DNA of 25,288 bases, taken from Psammoneis japonica (Eukaryota). A program made the position numbers and the translations under genes. Of the stretch, positions 11,401-21,943 are shown piece by piece (position 1 is the first letter of the stretch; each line of letters begins with the position of its first letter). The stretch lies in contig QPGO01000256.1 of assembly GCA_008632985.1 (NCBI GenBank), forward strand, positions 62,001 through 87,288. Direction: 5' to 3'. Under the pieces are notes generated by a model that searched no databases, was not told where the DNA came from, and saw nothing but the letters and a program-made list of their open reading frames with translations.

Positions 11401-13472
11401 GCAGAGCTTGCGGTTGCGACGGTCGCTGGCGACCAGCCTTTGGGGTGCTGGCAAGGAGGGGTTGGTTCTCAATCAGCTCTTGGGCATTGGGCTCAACACG
11501 GCAAAGAAGCTGAAATTCAACAAGATTCTGTCCTTTCAGGATGTCTTGCATACTTCGGCCGAGGATATTGAAAAGGCGGCGGCTCGATCTGGTGGATTCG
11601 GAAAGGACCTGAGGGTGGTGGTATCCAAGATTCTCAAGAGTACTCTTACCTTGACGGCCAAGGTGGAGAACGATAAAGATTCGAATCATTCTAAAGAGAT
11701 TGTTTGTACGTTTGCCAAAAACACCAGCTACGACGCCTTGATGGAGAGTTCCGCGTCGACTGGTAAGGACGCCACTGCCAATACCCGTCTCGTTACGTAC
11801 ACTCTTGCAGTTTACACGGATCGGCCAGGCGGATGTCTCCTGTTTCAGTCCAACATTGCTGGTCCCGGCGAGTACCGAATTCCGTGCCCGCCCGAATTCG
11901 GAAAAGTGTTTGTTCACGCCGTGTCTAATCTTGTTGGGCTTGACGAGTATCTTGAACTCCAGGGAAACGCCGAGGTGGTGAAATCCAAGTTCACCGCAAA
12001 CCCACTAAAATCAAAGGAATCGAAAAAACCGCGCAATACTTCCAATGCGTCCATCGACACGAAGAAAATGGCTCCCTCTCATTCTCAGTTTCGAGACTGC
12101 GTCAAGAACGTTGGAGACTTTCGTATCAAGAGCAAGCCCCCAGTGAAAAGCAAGAGATCATTGTTTCAGGGAAGCAAAAAGACTCCTGCAAAGGGAACCC
12201 ACGCAAATGGCAATAGTAATTTGACAGTCACCCCGTCACCGCCGCCACTGAGTATGGCGGCGGGTAGCGCCAACACTACCGTCGAGCGTGCTCCGCAGCC
12301 AATGGCTACAAGTACCAGAACATTCAATAACAACAGCAACTGGAGCCCACCTCGAAATCGCACACCACCGAGAAGCGCTGCTAGGTCAACATCGTCGGAA
12401 GCCAAGCCGTGGAAGAGGGCGAAAACCGAACAAAAGAATCTTCAGAAGCGAGCATTTCGGACCAAGAGCGAGAATCCTTTTGCGGAGTATTCGTTCGACC
12501 CGTGAGTAGAATTTCTCGCTTTTTGATCTGCACGAACTTTTGTTGAACTCGTTGTGCTCACTCTCTTTCGCTTCATCTAATACATTCAGGAATGACATTG
12601 AAGGCACCCTATTTCAGGCTGCCACAAAAAGCCAAGGGGAGCATATTCAACAAGAGGCACCCTCCGTGATCCCTCCCGGCACGTTTGAATCATTGCGGGC
12701 CGCTCACCAAACTCCGCAGTACCGACACTCGAGCGCCCCCTATGGGGCATCGGGAAGGGTGTTTAATCGCGCATTCAACACCGGACACCGCAAGAGAAAG
12801 GGAACAGGCCCGCGAATTCCAGAGACGGAGCTACTTCATATGAAAGCCGCGGAGCAAGAGAGACATGCACGAGAGCAACTTCAAAATAGCAGCCGGCGCC
12901 ATGACTCTCAGCAGTCAGGCATCTTTTTAAAGATGAGGAACGCCAGGCCAACTGTCTTTCCTCAAAACCATCCGTTCAATGACAATGTCTGCGGTGGTTC
13001 TAACATGATGGAAGAGTCGCTTGCTTCACCACCTCGATGCAATGACAGCTTGGGAGGGTCTATGGTTGCTGATGAGTGGGGTCCGCCGGAGCCAAGCTAT
13101 CGGAACGCACAAGGAAACTTTCAAGACGAAAGAGGTGCAATGCCCTGGTATGGATATTCTCTTGGTGCAGAGCCACCCAAGTACGGAGGAAACATAGCTA
13201 ACGAGCCCGTATACACTGGCGATTCCTCGACATGGGATACTTTCGAGACCCAAGGGGATACATTCGTCGGCCAAGAAAACCGACCAATCGGTTCGCAAGA
13301 TGAATGGCACCAGTCTCAACCAGTGGTGTACAGAGTACCAGTAGAAACTTCCAGGACCCCAAGAGGCGTAGTAGAGCCCACCCCAAGGTCCAGCTTTATT
13401 GAGCAGCAACCGAATTCACAACGTTCAAAGAGAAATTTGGAGGAAGAGAAGCTGCTCGAAGCTTTTTTCTAG
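8401..13472 (+). CDS. MER3: Meiotic DExH-box Ski2-like DNA helicase MER3/HFM1 with Sec63 domain; exons 8401-9887, 9997-12501, 12590-13472 (1624 aa)
   Basis: Motifs FNPMQSE, SAPTGAGKT, MAPSKALCQER, TTPEKWDSLSR, LDEVHLLGDASRGACLE, IIAVSATLPN, YHHAGL, TSTLAMGVNLPAHLVIIKGT, QMMGRAGRPGFDTSG, then a Sec63 region. Introns 9888-9996 and 12502-12589 (both GTGAGT...CTCAC...CAG, phase 2) join three ORFs in frame, 4875 nt total. The start codon is the likeliest choice, not proven. Confidence 0.9.
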
Positions 13473-13558
13473 GGAGAAAAGACAGCTCAGGCCGCGTGTT
13501 GGCTTCGGTCTCTAAGTTTCTTTCTCTGTAACTATATAACAACAGCATTCTCCAAAAA

Positions 13559-16500
13559 CTATCGCCACAACTTGATTGCCCCATCATATGAGCAACTGAG
13601 TAAGGTTCTTATGGGATACGAGATCATTTTCAAATCTGTAATAGAGTCATGATGTTTCGTTTCAGGTTTGGAAAGACCCCGCTGAAGCTTTCGCGGAATT
13701 TTTGAACTCTCAATTTCGCCGACACCCAAAGGCTCATTTTCCCTGCAAGTAATGAGTCGGCCGTAGTCAAAGTCGACACGAGCAAAGGTAGGCCTCTGTT
13801 GCCCCCCACTAATCGTATAACATTTCGTCGGAGACAAGAAATCAAAGTAACGAATATGGCAGTCGCTGCCTCCTGTTATGAGGTAGTCCCTCTTTTCGTG
13901 GCCACCAACGCTACCAACCATTCCCGTCATGCGACCTTTCGAGGCCGTGGATGCAAAATCAAAGCTATCAGGTAGACGGATATGCTTTCTCATCGATCGA
14001 CTGTGGTAATTCGTTGTGATTGGCACCTCGCGAAGAGACGGCAATGTTGTTGCTGGTGGATCCATGTATCCAGTACCAGGCTCAATGACGCGGAAGCATT
14101 GGCAACAGCTACTGCTTGCAATATCAAACATGGAGCACTCGTTGGGGCCGCATGCTGCAAACATGTACGGGCGTGCGTCGTTACTCGAGACGTTGTGCCC
14201 ATGAGGTAGTGCTGAATAGGATGTCGCAAGACGGTTCACAGGAGAAGCGCTGCTATGCTGCCACAGCTTTACCATTTGCTGAAACCGTATATCCCACAAG
14301 GCAAGGAACCCACGACTTGTACCAGTCACCATCCAATGACGATCGTTACCAAGTGACATGCTCGTCAGATACCCAATGTCAGGCCGGTGTTTCAAGATAA
14401 AGGGCTCTCTTGCACTTCTCAAGTCCCATGAATGAACCAAACCTTTTTGAGTGGCAAAGGATAGGATGGACGCAGAAGGGGTATTGAAATGAGAAACAGC
14501 AAGTACTTCTCCTTCCACTGGATCGATTTTGCGAATAAGACTACTTCCTGAAACCCTTGACATTTCGTACGTGTCACTGGTTCCTGCAGCAAACTTTTCC
14601 GCGATTTTCTTACTCGTTGTCACTGCGTCAACACGCCACACGTGCACAGACCCGTCACTGGCACCAGAAACTACAGAATGACTATTCTCGACAATTGCAA
14701 CATCATTGATTCGGGGATAGGCATGGCCTGCATCCTCAGTGTGACCAGAATAAGTCAGACTGCTCTCGAGAATCCCGACAGAGTCTTCTGCTTGTCGAAG
14801 CTCCCAAACACGACATGTACCATCGTGACTTGCTGATACAAAAAAGCCTTGATCTTTTGTAACCGCCAGTCGAGATACAGGAGCAGAATGGCCACTTTTC
14901 AAAGAGCTACTGGCTAAAAGGGCATCAGATTTTGGTCTCCATTCTCTAGATGACGTATCCTTGGGAGAAGCGGACGATGGGCGCTGAGATGTCACGGCTT
15001 GTCGACTACGTTCGCGTAGCACACCAAGGTTTGGAGGGAGTGGCGGCACGCTAAGGCCTTTCAACTTCGATGTGAGTAACATGGTATCGACATCGGACGG
15101 GTCCAATCGCGCTTCTGCGCCCCATTCACCAGTCGACGCAGAATCGATAACTTTCGATTCCGATGATGTCAGGATTTGCTTGGCATCGGCTTCTGTCAGA
15201 CGCTTGTCATCCGGAAACACGTCACCCTCTGAAGTCATGGCAGCGTCTAGCAATGCTTTGTCCTCTTCCGCTGGAGTTGACAGAGGCATGAGGGAGAGAC
15301 CATAGACCTTGCTCAGTGTAGCAACAGAGCGAATTCCGCATGTCTCGGAGCAATACGACCCATTGCTCTGAGAAAAGTCTCTCAAATCACTATACCACAT
15401 TGGCAAGTGAGCCGATCTCTGACCAGTGTATCTTTGGCTTGGAAACTTGACCTGTTGAGCGAGTTTCGGGTTACCTTCGATTGCATTTGCAAGATTACTC
15501 CGGAGAAATTCCTTCCGAGAAAGCGGGTCAAATACAAGTTTTCGGCTTCTCGACAACATGCGCAGATAGCTCGTGACTTGGCTAGAGTTTGATCCCACAA
15601 GAGGCTGAGAGGGAGAATCAATGCCTGCGGTATGCATATGGCTTGGTCCGTTGCCTCCATCGTTACCATCCTGTACGTCAATACCAATTGATGTCCACTT
15701 GCCCGAAGTCGGCGAGAAGGATTGCAGCTTGTCCAAGTTGTCCAGCTCCTCCCTAAGCCTTTCTTTTGTCCAAGGAGGATATAGGCAAGCTCTTAGTCCT
15801 TCTGAAGTGGTCAAATGGCGTTCCGTCGGTTCAAACCTTAGATATGGTCGAAGAAGAGGCACCAAGAACACATCTCGATCTGGAAATCCCATGGCCACAG
15901 AAGCTGCATTGACCAACTTGATGGCCCCGTTGCGAACATAAGCTGACGGGTACAACAAGAGTGGTGAGTACCTTTCAAACAAACCAATGTTCTTCCCGTT
16001 GCTTCTCGAACGACCCGTGGCATCAGCTTCTGAAGAGTACGCCGGCGTCCCGACAAGAGCGGAACGTGAAAGCAATCCCAATTCAACCAACGCAGCCAAG
16101 CATAGCAGTGCCTGACTCATGACTAGGTCTTCACCGTCCACGAGTGCAGTCTCCAAACAGGGCAATACAAAGTGCTCTGTGGCAGCCCTACCGACAATGA
16201 AACAGAGCGAGGGTAAATGTTCAAAGAGCGACGCCCGCAATTGCCAATCTCGTCGATCATTAAGAAAGGCAAGAATCTGAGGCAAAATAAATGCAATGAC
16301 TCCGTCACGACCAAAGAAGTTACACAACCGCGGCAAATCATGGAGCAAGCCCAACTTGGGTGGAGACGATTGCTCCGACTGATCGGTAGCAATATGCATG
16401 ACCCACCGCGACACCATTTCATGCAGACCGGCAAGTTCGACATTGTACGTGTTGCTAATGAGCGTCTTGTCACCGGCCGATGATGTAATCTTTTGGTTTT

Positions 16501-18757
16501 CCAAAGGAGTCGACGACCCTGACGATGCCTTTGCATTGTCCAAGCCTATCGAACCGCTGTCGTGCGGACTCTTTTTGCTACTGCTATTGTCATCTCCCAA
16601 GAGATTTGCAACATCATCGGCAAAAACGTTATCCTTTGTTTCGTCCTTTGCTTCCTTGGTTTCATGGGCATGACTTGCACCACCACCACCCACGGCTTCG
16701 TAAAGTCGTACAGCATGTGATATATCCAAGAATCTCAAAGACGTTTCCGCCAAGAGCGGAATGCATTCGGAAAATGCAATTCTCACGACAAGCGATTGAT
16801 CCGTCAAGAGATGAGCCACACGTTTAAATATGTATTGCGGAAACACTTTTGAATCCGACGGCGCAAAGCTCTCGATCCGTGCCAAGGTACTCGTGAGTAC
16901 ACGAATGGCACCGGCTCTCACAAGGGCGTCTTGATCGTGCAACAAATCAATCGTGGTGGGTACAATGCGTTGCAGACGAGCATCGTCGGTACAAGCATGG
17001 CGGCCAAGCCGCTGCAAGAGTTGCAATCCAACAAATTTGCTAGACGGCCGTTGGACGTGACGAATCGTGACGAGAATCAATTGCAAAAAGAGCAAAAGGG
17101 AACTCTTGCAAGATGGAGACCGGGACTCGTTCTTGTCAGTCACGTCGGTAGGAGGCTTTGATTCATCATGATGCTCTGGCTTCAACCGGCCTGCCGCTTC
17201 AGGTTCCGGTGCGACGACATTATCAATGGTTAGAGAATCTAGCTTGTCAAGCAATTCTTGGGTTTCCTTCATCAACTTGTCCAGGTCATTCTCTTGTGGA
17301 TGGTTATCTTTGTCCCCGCCTACATCTTGTTGTTGTTGTAGATCCGTCTCCTTGATATCTTCGTCGTCGTCCTCATTCTTGTCCAGCTTGATAATGGTTT
17401 CACCCAAGATTTGATCAAAATAGGCTTGTCCAGTCTCATCATGAATACCAAGACAGGCAAACAATACTCTATCATAATAGGAGGCCGCCATGGCAATACG
17501 AGCATCGGGTGTAATGACTGTTTGGTTCTTGGGAGCACAAATCACCTTTTGAAACAGCTCGGTAAACAAATCAAATGTCTCCGGCATGACGGGGGACCAA
17601 GAAGTGGATGGCTGTGACGTTGTTATGTTTTTTGCGTCCGAGGTTGAAGTACTCCTGTCAGCGTCTCTTCCACTACTACTCCCTTGTGGTTGTTGTTGTT
17701 CGAGTCGTTGCAAATACTCCTTTGCCGACAGTCGCTCTTTGGGATTTAAATGCAACATGTGTCGACAGGCAGCACGGGTCGAAGACGATTCAATCTTGTG
17801 TAGATTGGATAAAAGTGCCGCCGTCAGGGTGCCCTGTCGACGATATTCCATCAAATCCCCCAAATCCATGGCACGTTCACCGTTCAAAAAGAGTTCCATC
17901 ATGCAACAACCGACACTAAAAATGTCACTGGCCGGTGTCAATCGTGTCAAGCGTGTGTTGTTTGTTTCTGTGTTTTGAGCCGTAATAGTAGATGTTCTCG
18001 AGGGAGTATAGAAACGTTCCGGTGCCAAATAACAACGCTTTTCAGCACGCGGTGACGTTGTTTTTGTTGTGGAAGAATGTTGTTGTAATTGTTCTTGAAA
18101 ATAATACAAATACATGGACGGATCATCATCGGGTAAGGCCGTCACGTTGTGTTTATAGGATGAAACATCCAACAAAATTACATGATTCCAACTCGTCAAA
18201 CCGATATTTTCCGTTGTGAGGAAACCGTGCACCACGTTTTTATCATGCAAGTGTTGTACCGCACGCAACAATTGTCGCAAGACCCATTGTTTTTCCACAA
18301 CGTGCAAAAAGGGCCGACACGCCAATCGATCCGACAGTGTCGTGTACACGTGACTTCGCATGACATAAATCGGAATCATGGTGGCATTCGGATTGGCAGC
18401 AGCCGTAGACATAGGAGTCCCCACTTTCCAATACAAAAAAGGTGCCACATTTACCGAAGCATTATCTCGTAGTACTTGTTTGATGCGACGCAATTCAGCC
18501 TCTTGTTGTTCCAACGATTCCTCCAATTGCTTTGCAGGTACATACATGGACTTGACGACTACCAAATTACCAAGGGATGAATTCTTGAGCAAAAAGGTTT
18601 TGGACATGCGGCCCGAACCGGGAACCAAACGTTGCTCCACACTGTAGTTGGGAAAATTCCCAGCCAAGTCCAACTCCTCGTCTTGTATTGAGATTGTTGT
18701 TGTTGCACTTGTTGTTGTACTTGGAGGAGTGGATGACGAGGAGTGATGAGCGCCCAT
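13559..18757 (-). CDS. VPS15: Phosphoinositide 3-kinase regulatory subunit 4 / Vps15 (kinase-like domain, HEAT repeats, WD40), 1732 aa, apparently intronless
   Basis: MG start (MGAHHS) matching the myristoylated Vps15 N-terminus. Motifs TLSDRLACRPFL..VEKQW, LPDDDPS, RCYLAPERF, DIFSVGC, RLQRIVP, FPQYIF, AFLNDRRDWQLR, and WD40 motifs FVSASHDGTCRVWE and SCSYDGAIKLWR. Confidence 0.95.
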   Translation of the reverse strand: MGAHHSSSSTPPSTTTSATTTISIQDEELDLAGNFPNYSVEQRLVPGSGRMSKTFLLKNSSLGNLVVVKSMYVPAKQLEESLEQQEAELRRIKQVLRDNASVNVAPFLYWKVGTPMSTAAANPNATMIPIYVMRSHVYTTLSDRLACRPFLHVVEKQWVLRQLLRAVQHLHDKNVVHGFLTTENIGLTSWNHVILLDVSSYKHNVTALPDDDPSMYLYYFQEQLQQHSSTTKTTSPRAEKRCYLAPERFYTPSRTSTITAQNTETNNTRLTRLTPASDIFSVGCCMMELFLNGERAMDLGDLMEYRRQGTLTAALLSNLHKIESSSTRAACRHMLHLNPKERLSAKEYLQRLEQQQPQGSSSGRDADRSTSTSDAKNITTSQPSTSWSPVMPETFDLFTELFQKVICAPKNQTVITPDARIAMAASYYDRVLFACLGIHDETGQAYFDQILGETIIKLDKNEDDDEDIKETDLQQQQDVGGDKDNHPQENDLDKLMKETQELLDKLDSLTIDNVVAPEPEAAGRLKPEHHDESKPPTDVTDKNESRSPSCKSSLLLFLQLILVTIRHVQRPSSKFVGLQLLQRLGRHACTDDARLQRIVPTTIDLLHDQDALVRAGAIRVLTSTLARIESFAPSDSKVFPQYIFKRVAHLLTDQSLVVRIAFSECIPLLAETSLRFLDISHAVRLYEAVGGGGASHAHETKEAKDETKDNVFADDVANLLGDDNSSSKKSPHDSGSIGLDNAKASSGSSTPLENQKITSSAGDKTLISNTYNVELAGLHEMVSRWVMHIATDQSEQSSPPKLGLLHDLPRLCNFFGRDGVIAFILPQILAFLNDRRDWQLRASLFEHLPSLCFIVGRAATEHFVLPCLETALVDGEDLVMSQALLCLAALVELGLLSRSALVGTPAYSSEADATGRSRSNGKNIGLFERYSPLLLYPSAYVRNGAIKLVNAASVAMGFPDRDVFLVPLLRPYLRFEPTERHLTTSEGLRACLYPPWTKERLREELDNLDKLQSFSPTSGKWTSIGIDVQDGNDGGNGPSHMHTAGIDSPSQPLVGSNSSQVTSYLRMLSRSRKLVFDPLSRKEFLRSNLANAIEGNPKLAQQVKFPSQRYTGQRSAHLPMWYSDLRDFSQSNGSYCSETCGIRSVATLSKVYGLSLMPLSTPAEEDKALLDAAMTSEGDVFPDDKRLTEADAKQILTSSESKVIDSASTGEWGAEARLDPSDVDTMLLTSKLKGLSVPPLPPNLGVLRERSRQAVTSQRPSSASPKDTSSREWRPKSDALLASSSLKSGHSAPVSRLAVTKDQGFFVSASHDGTCRVWELRQAEDSVGILESSLTYSGHTEDAGHAYPRINDVAIVENSHSVVSGASDGSVHVWRVDAVTTSKKIAEKFAAGTSDTYEMSRVSGSSLIRKIDPVEGEVLAVSHFNTPSASILSFATQKGLVHSWDLRSAREPFILKHRPDIGYLTSMSLGNDRHWMVTGTSRGFLALWDIRFQQMVKLWQHSSASPVNRLATSYSALPHGHNVSSNDARPYMFAACGPNECSMFDIASSSCCQCFRVIEPGTGYMDPPATTLPSLREVPITTNYHSRSMRKHIRLPDSFDFASTASKGRMTGMVGSVGGHEKRDYLITGGSDCHIRYFDFLSPTKCYTISGGQQRPTFARVDFDYGRLITCRENEPLGVGEIESSKIPRKLQRGLSKPETKHHDSITDLKMISYPIRTLLSCSYDGAIKLWR

Positions 18758-18952
18758 GACTGAACAAAGAAAAGAGTTATAGAGTAGCAATATAAAGTGG
18801 CTGTGTTGTAAGGATGATAAAAAATCAGAGCATTCAGAGTGATAAAGTAACTTGGCTGTCCGATTCAATCTTGTGATGTGTTTGTCAGTATGATTGGGTG
18901 ATTGGTGCCCACAGATATTGAGCCCCAAAAGACCGTTTTGCACCGAAGATAA

Positions 18953-19899
18953 CCCTTTGACACATGGCCACTGTTATTTGGGGCCTGGCCCCAAATAATG
19001 CGCCATTCTGATTGGTCTAAATAAATAAATCCACAAGTAAATTTTGGCGGGAAAATAACGGCTAAATCGCTTGGGGCCTGGCCCCAAATGCACAAGGTTC
19101 GAGTGACGAATGTGCTCGAGGCATTGAAAGATTTTCATGGCTGTTTACGTCGATTGTTGCACTGGTGTGTTGAGCGATCACACGCGAAAACCCAGACGAG
19201 AAAACGAGATTTTTTGCCTCCGCAACAGCATCCATAGATGGCGACTCGACCGCCATTTCGGTGGCCGGAGAAAATGGCGGGAAAGCTGCAACCGTCATGC
19301 AGGAATCTCAGATTTCAGAATTGTTTGTTGGTGGAAACAAAAAATGAAAAGGAGTGGTTGAAAGTGCCGCATGGCAACAAACATCAAACCACCACAAGTT
19401 TGATTCTTGTTCTTGCTTGTTGACACAAAGTCAAATCTTACGGTGCCAAAATGATCAACAATCAAAATGAAAGTTGCGATGTAGATAAACCAAGCATGGT
19501 TGTTTTGATCGTGTTGTTTTCATTCATCTCAGACAACAATGAGGTGCTCGCCGTGTCGCGAACCTGACATTGTCGACTTCCCCCTGATTTGCCATGTTGT
19601 TTGCTCATCTGTGATTGACACACCGTTGATTTGGATGGAAAACAACCATGTGGCTAAAGTGACAACCAAACAGACACACATGAACACACAGAGTTCATGC
19701 TGTGAAGACCTGTCAGAACAGAGAGCAAATGGGGTCTCGCGTCCTGAAACCGCCATCATCGAGTCGTCGTGGTTCCCGTTTGCAAGAGCAGGCATCGTGC
19801 TCAAATCATGGTCGTCAAGATTCTGTCAGACAAAATGTCTGACCGTTAAATTCTCATTTGGGGCCTGGCCCCAAACAAGCAATTTCATGTGTCAAAGGG
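18953..19899. mobile_element. Non-autonomous piggyBac-like DNA transposon (947 bp), 195 bp upstream of the VPS15 start
   Basis: Perfect 14-bp TIR CCCTTTGACACATG (18953-18966) / CATGTGTCAAAGGG (19886-19899). At both ends a 7-bp spacer is followed by the palindrome TTTGGGGCC(T/A)GGCCCCAAA, with a third copy at ~19071-19088. Flanks are ATAA (18949-18952) and ACAA (19900-19903), consistent with a mutated 4-bp TSD. CCC...GGG ends suggest piggyBac. No transposase recognised. Confidence 0.8.
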
Positions 19900-19903
19900 A
19901 CAA

Positions 19904-20562
19904 CAGACGGAAAATCTGAAAAATGCACGCACACACGAAAAGTGGGGGATGAGCACGCAGGCAACTCTTTACAAACTGTGCAGGAAATGTGCCAGGGTTT
20001 GTGTAGAATTTGACAATGACACAATTCCATTTTGATGGCGACAAGTGGAAACACACATGGTTTTCCAGTGCAAATTTGACAGCGACGCCACAGACGGAAT
20101 CATTGTCAACACACCAAAAACTGCATCAGGTTTTCGATCACAGGGAATTCCTTGTTTGGCGCTTGACTTCCCCAGACAAGGAAAGACAAGGAACCAAGAA
20201 AAGGAAAAATTAATTGGTCATTCAATGTGCAGTTGCAACCATCATGATCCTTTCATCCAGCTAGAAGTTGATTTGTCCAGAGCCTCTGGCTGCCAAAACA
20301 CCTCTTTTTGTGCAATGCACTCAATGGGTGAGGCAGACACCACTGGGGGGCACTTTCTCAAGGACAAAAAGATGTGCTTCCACGGGGTTTCTTCAAGTGC
20401 AATCTGCTTGAAGCAAGCCCACAAAAGCTCAAGTTGGTGTGGCAAATCTGGCGCACATTGTGCAACAAAACAAAAGAGGAAAGCCTCTTTGTTTCCTTCA
20501 TTCAACAAGCCAATGAGGGGGGAATCAAGATGTCCCGTGAGCATGAGAGCGGGGTTTTGGGT
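19904..20562. other. TpA-depleted decayed sequence of unidentified origin, probably another repeat fragment
   Basis: Same compositional signature as the flanking transposons; no protein motif recognised. Confidence 0.4.
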
Positions 20563-20841
20563 TGACAGAAATTGAAGGGCAAATGGCAAGAATTCAAACA
20601 ACAACTCCTCACTGCTGTCTAAATGGCAGATGAGTCTCCACTCAGAGACCGTCACAGGAGCCAAAAGACGTGCAAGTCGGCACAATCGGGCTGCTGTTGT
20701 CATTCTTGTGAGCTGTGTGGCTCAAAAGCAAACTGCATCGCATGCACACGTGTGGAGCTGAAGAGCACAAAAAACTGTGTGCGGTGAACTAAATGGCATG
20801 CGACATTTTGCGCACACCCAAATCTTGTTCAAATCCTGTCA
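20563..20841 (-). repeat. 3' LTR (279 bp) of the copia remnant, preceded by a polypurine tract
   Basis: Minus strand reads ACTGGGGAG (PPT, 20842-20850), then TGACAGGATTTGAA...TTCAATTTCTGTCA, with TG...CA ends and short terminal inverted repeats. Lies just downstream of the RNase H remnant. Confidence 0.9.
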
Positions 20842-21241
20842 CTCCCCAGTTTGCTTGAGGAGTCACAGAAACAGATTCGAAGTCGGATTGGTTGAAAGCC
20901 TTGGGATCGAAGTTCCAAAACATTAGAGGATGAAGGAGGTTCCAGATTTGGGAGCAACCCCAATGCTTGCTGAGGATGTCAGCCGGGTTGCGGGAGCCTT
21001 CGATGGAATGAAACCTGAGGAAACCGGAGGCAATCGCCTCACGCACATGATGGAATGAGAGGGTGGTGTGTCACTTGTGCAACTTGGAGTGCGGGATGGC
21101 AGCACTGTCCACAACCGACTCTTGTTGTTTTCAGGAAGATCATCATTTGCAGGCCACGGAGAGACACTGCTCCGGAACAGACAATGTCGACGGGCCCGTC
21201 TGTGAGGTGTCCATCAGCAACAAGCCTTGCTTTGTGCCGTC

Positions 21242-21638
21242 GACGCGTTCCAGATGCAGGTGGGAATCCGTGTGACATTGGGCCCGTAGACTTCTGCATG
21301 CGGAGCTCCGCAGTAAAATCACACGGCAATTAAAATGTCAATGATCGCCAACAGAAAATGAGGCAATTTTGCGAATGCACAAACTCACACATGATTGAAG
21401 TGCATCATTTTTTACTTGGCCAGTTGCATTCTTCAGACATTGAAGAATGTAACTGGCGCACTGTTGTTTCTATAAATTTGTCATATAAAACGTCTGGGGC
21501 TTCGCAAAACAGCGAGTCTGGACAATTTTTTTTAAATGTCACACGTAGAAATCTACGTGCAAAACACACGACGGATGACAAAAATTGTTGTTGTCACACG
21601 TCAGCACTGCGAGCTCCCACCTGGGGCTGGAACGCGTC
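21242..21638. mobile_element. 397-bp MITE nested in the copia RT, 4-bp TSD
   Basis: TIRs GACGCGTTCCAGatgCAGGTGGGA / TCCCACCTGgggCTGGAACGCGTC. TSD CGTC at 21238-21241 and 21639-21642. Excision restores DVKHDG-R-HKARLVADG. Confidence 0.9.
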
Positions 21639-21943
21639 CGTCCATCATGTTTGACATCACAGATGAGATGCACCCGGATCTTCTTGTGTCCTGATGGAGC
21701 ACTGGAATCATTGTGGTGTCTGCAGTTGTGGAAGACCTTGCACTCATCAAGCTGTCAGACAACGCCACAGAGCCCGCATCATCAAAGCCATTGTGTCTCC
21801 CCACTTGCGGTTGCCATTGCACTCATCAAGGGCCATGGCATGCTTGCAGTCCCGTGGCACTTCATGCCCGTGCTTGCATCATGGCACAGTGCAAAAGGAG
21901 CGCAACTTGGCTTGGTTGGCCATGCGGAACAGCTTCTTCTGAT

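Noticed and set aside
8401..13472. MER3 as a component of the hypermutation process
   Set aside because: Only adjacency supports it; MER3 is a conserved meiotic crossover helicase with no extra catalytic domain visible.
18758..18943. 62-codon upstream extension of VPS15
   Set aside because: Non-ATG start; the Met-Gly at 18757 matches the myristoylated Vps15 N-terminus.
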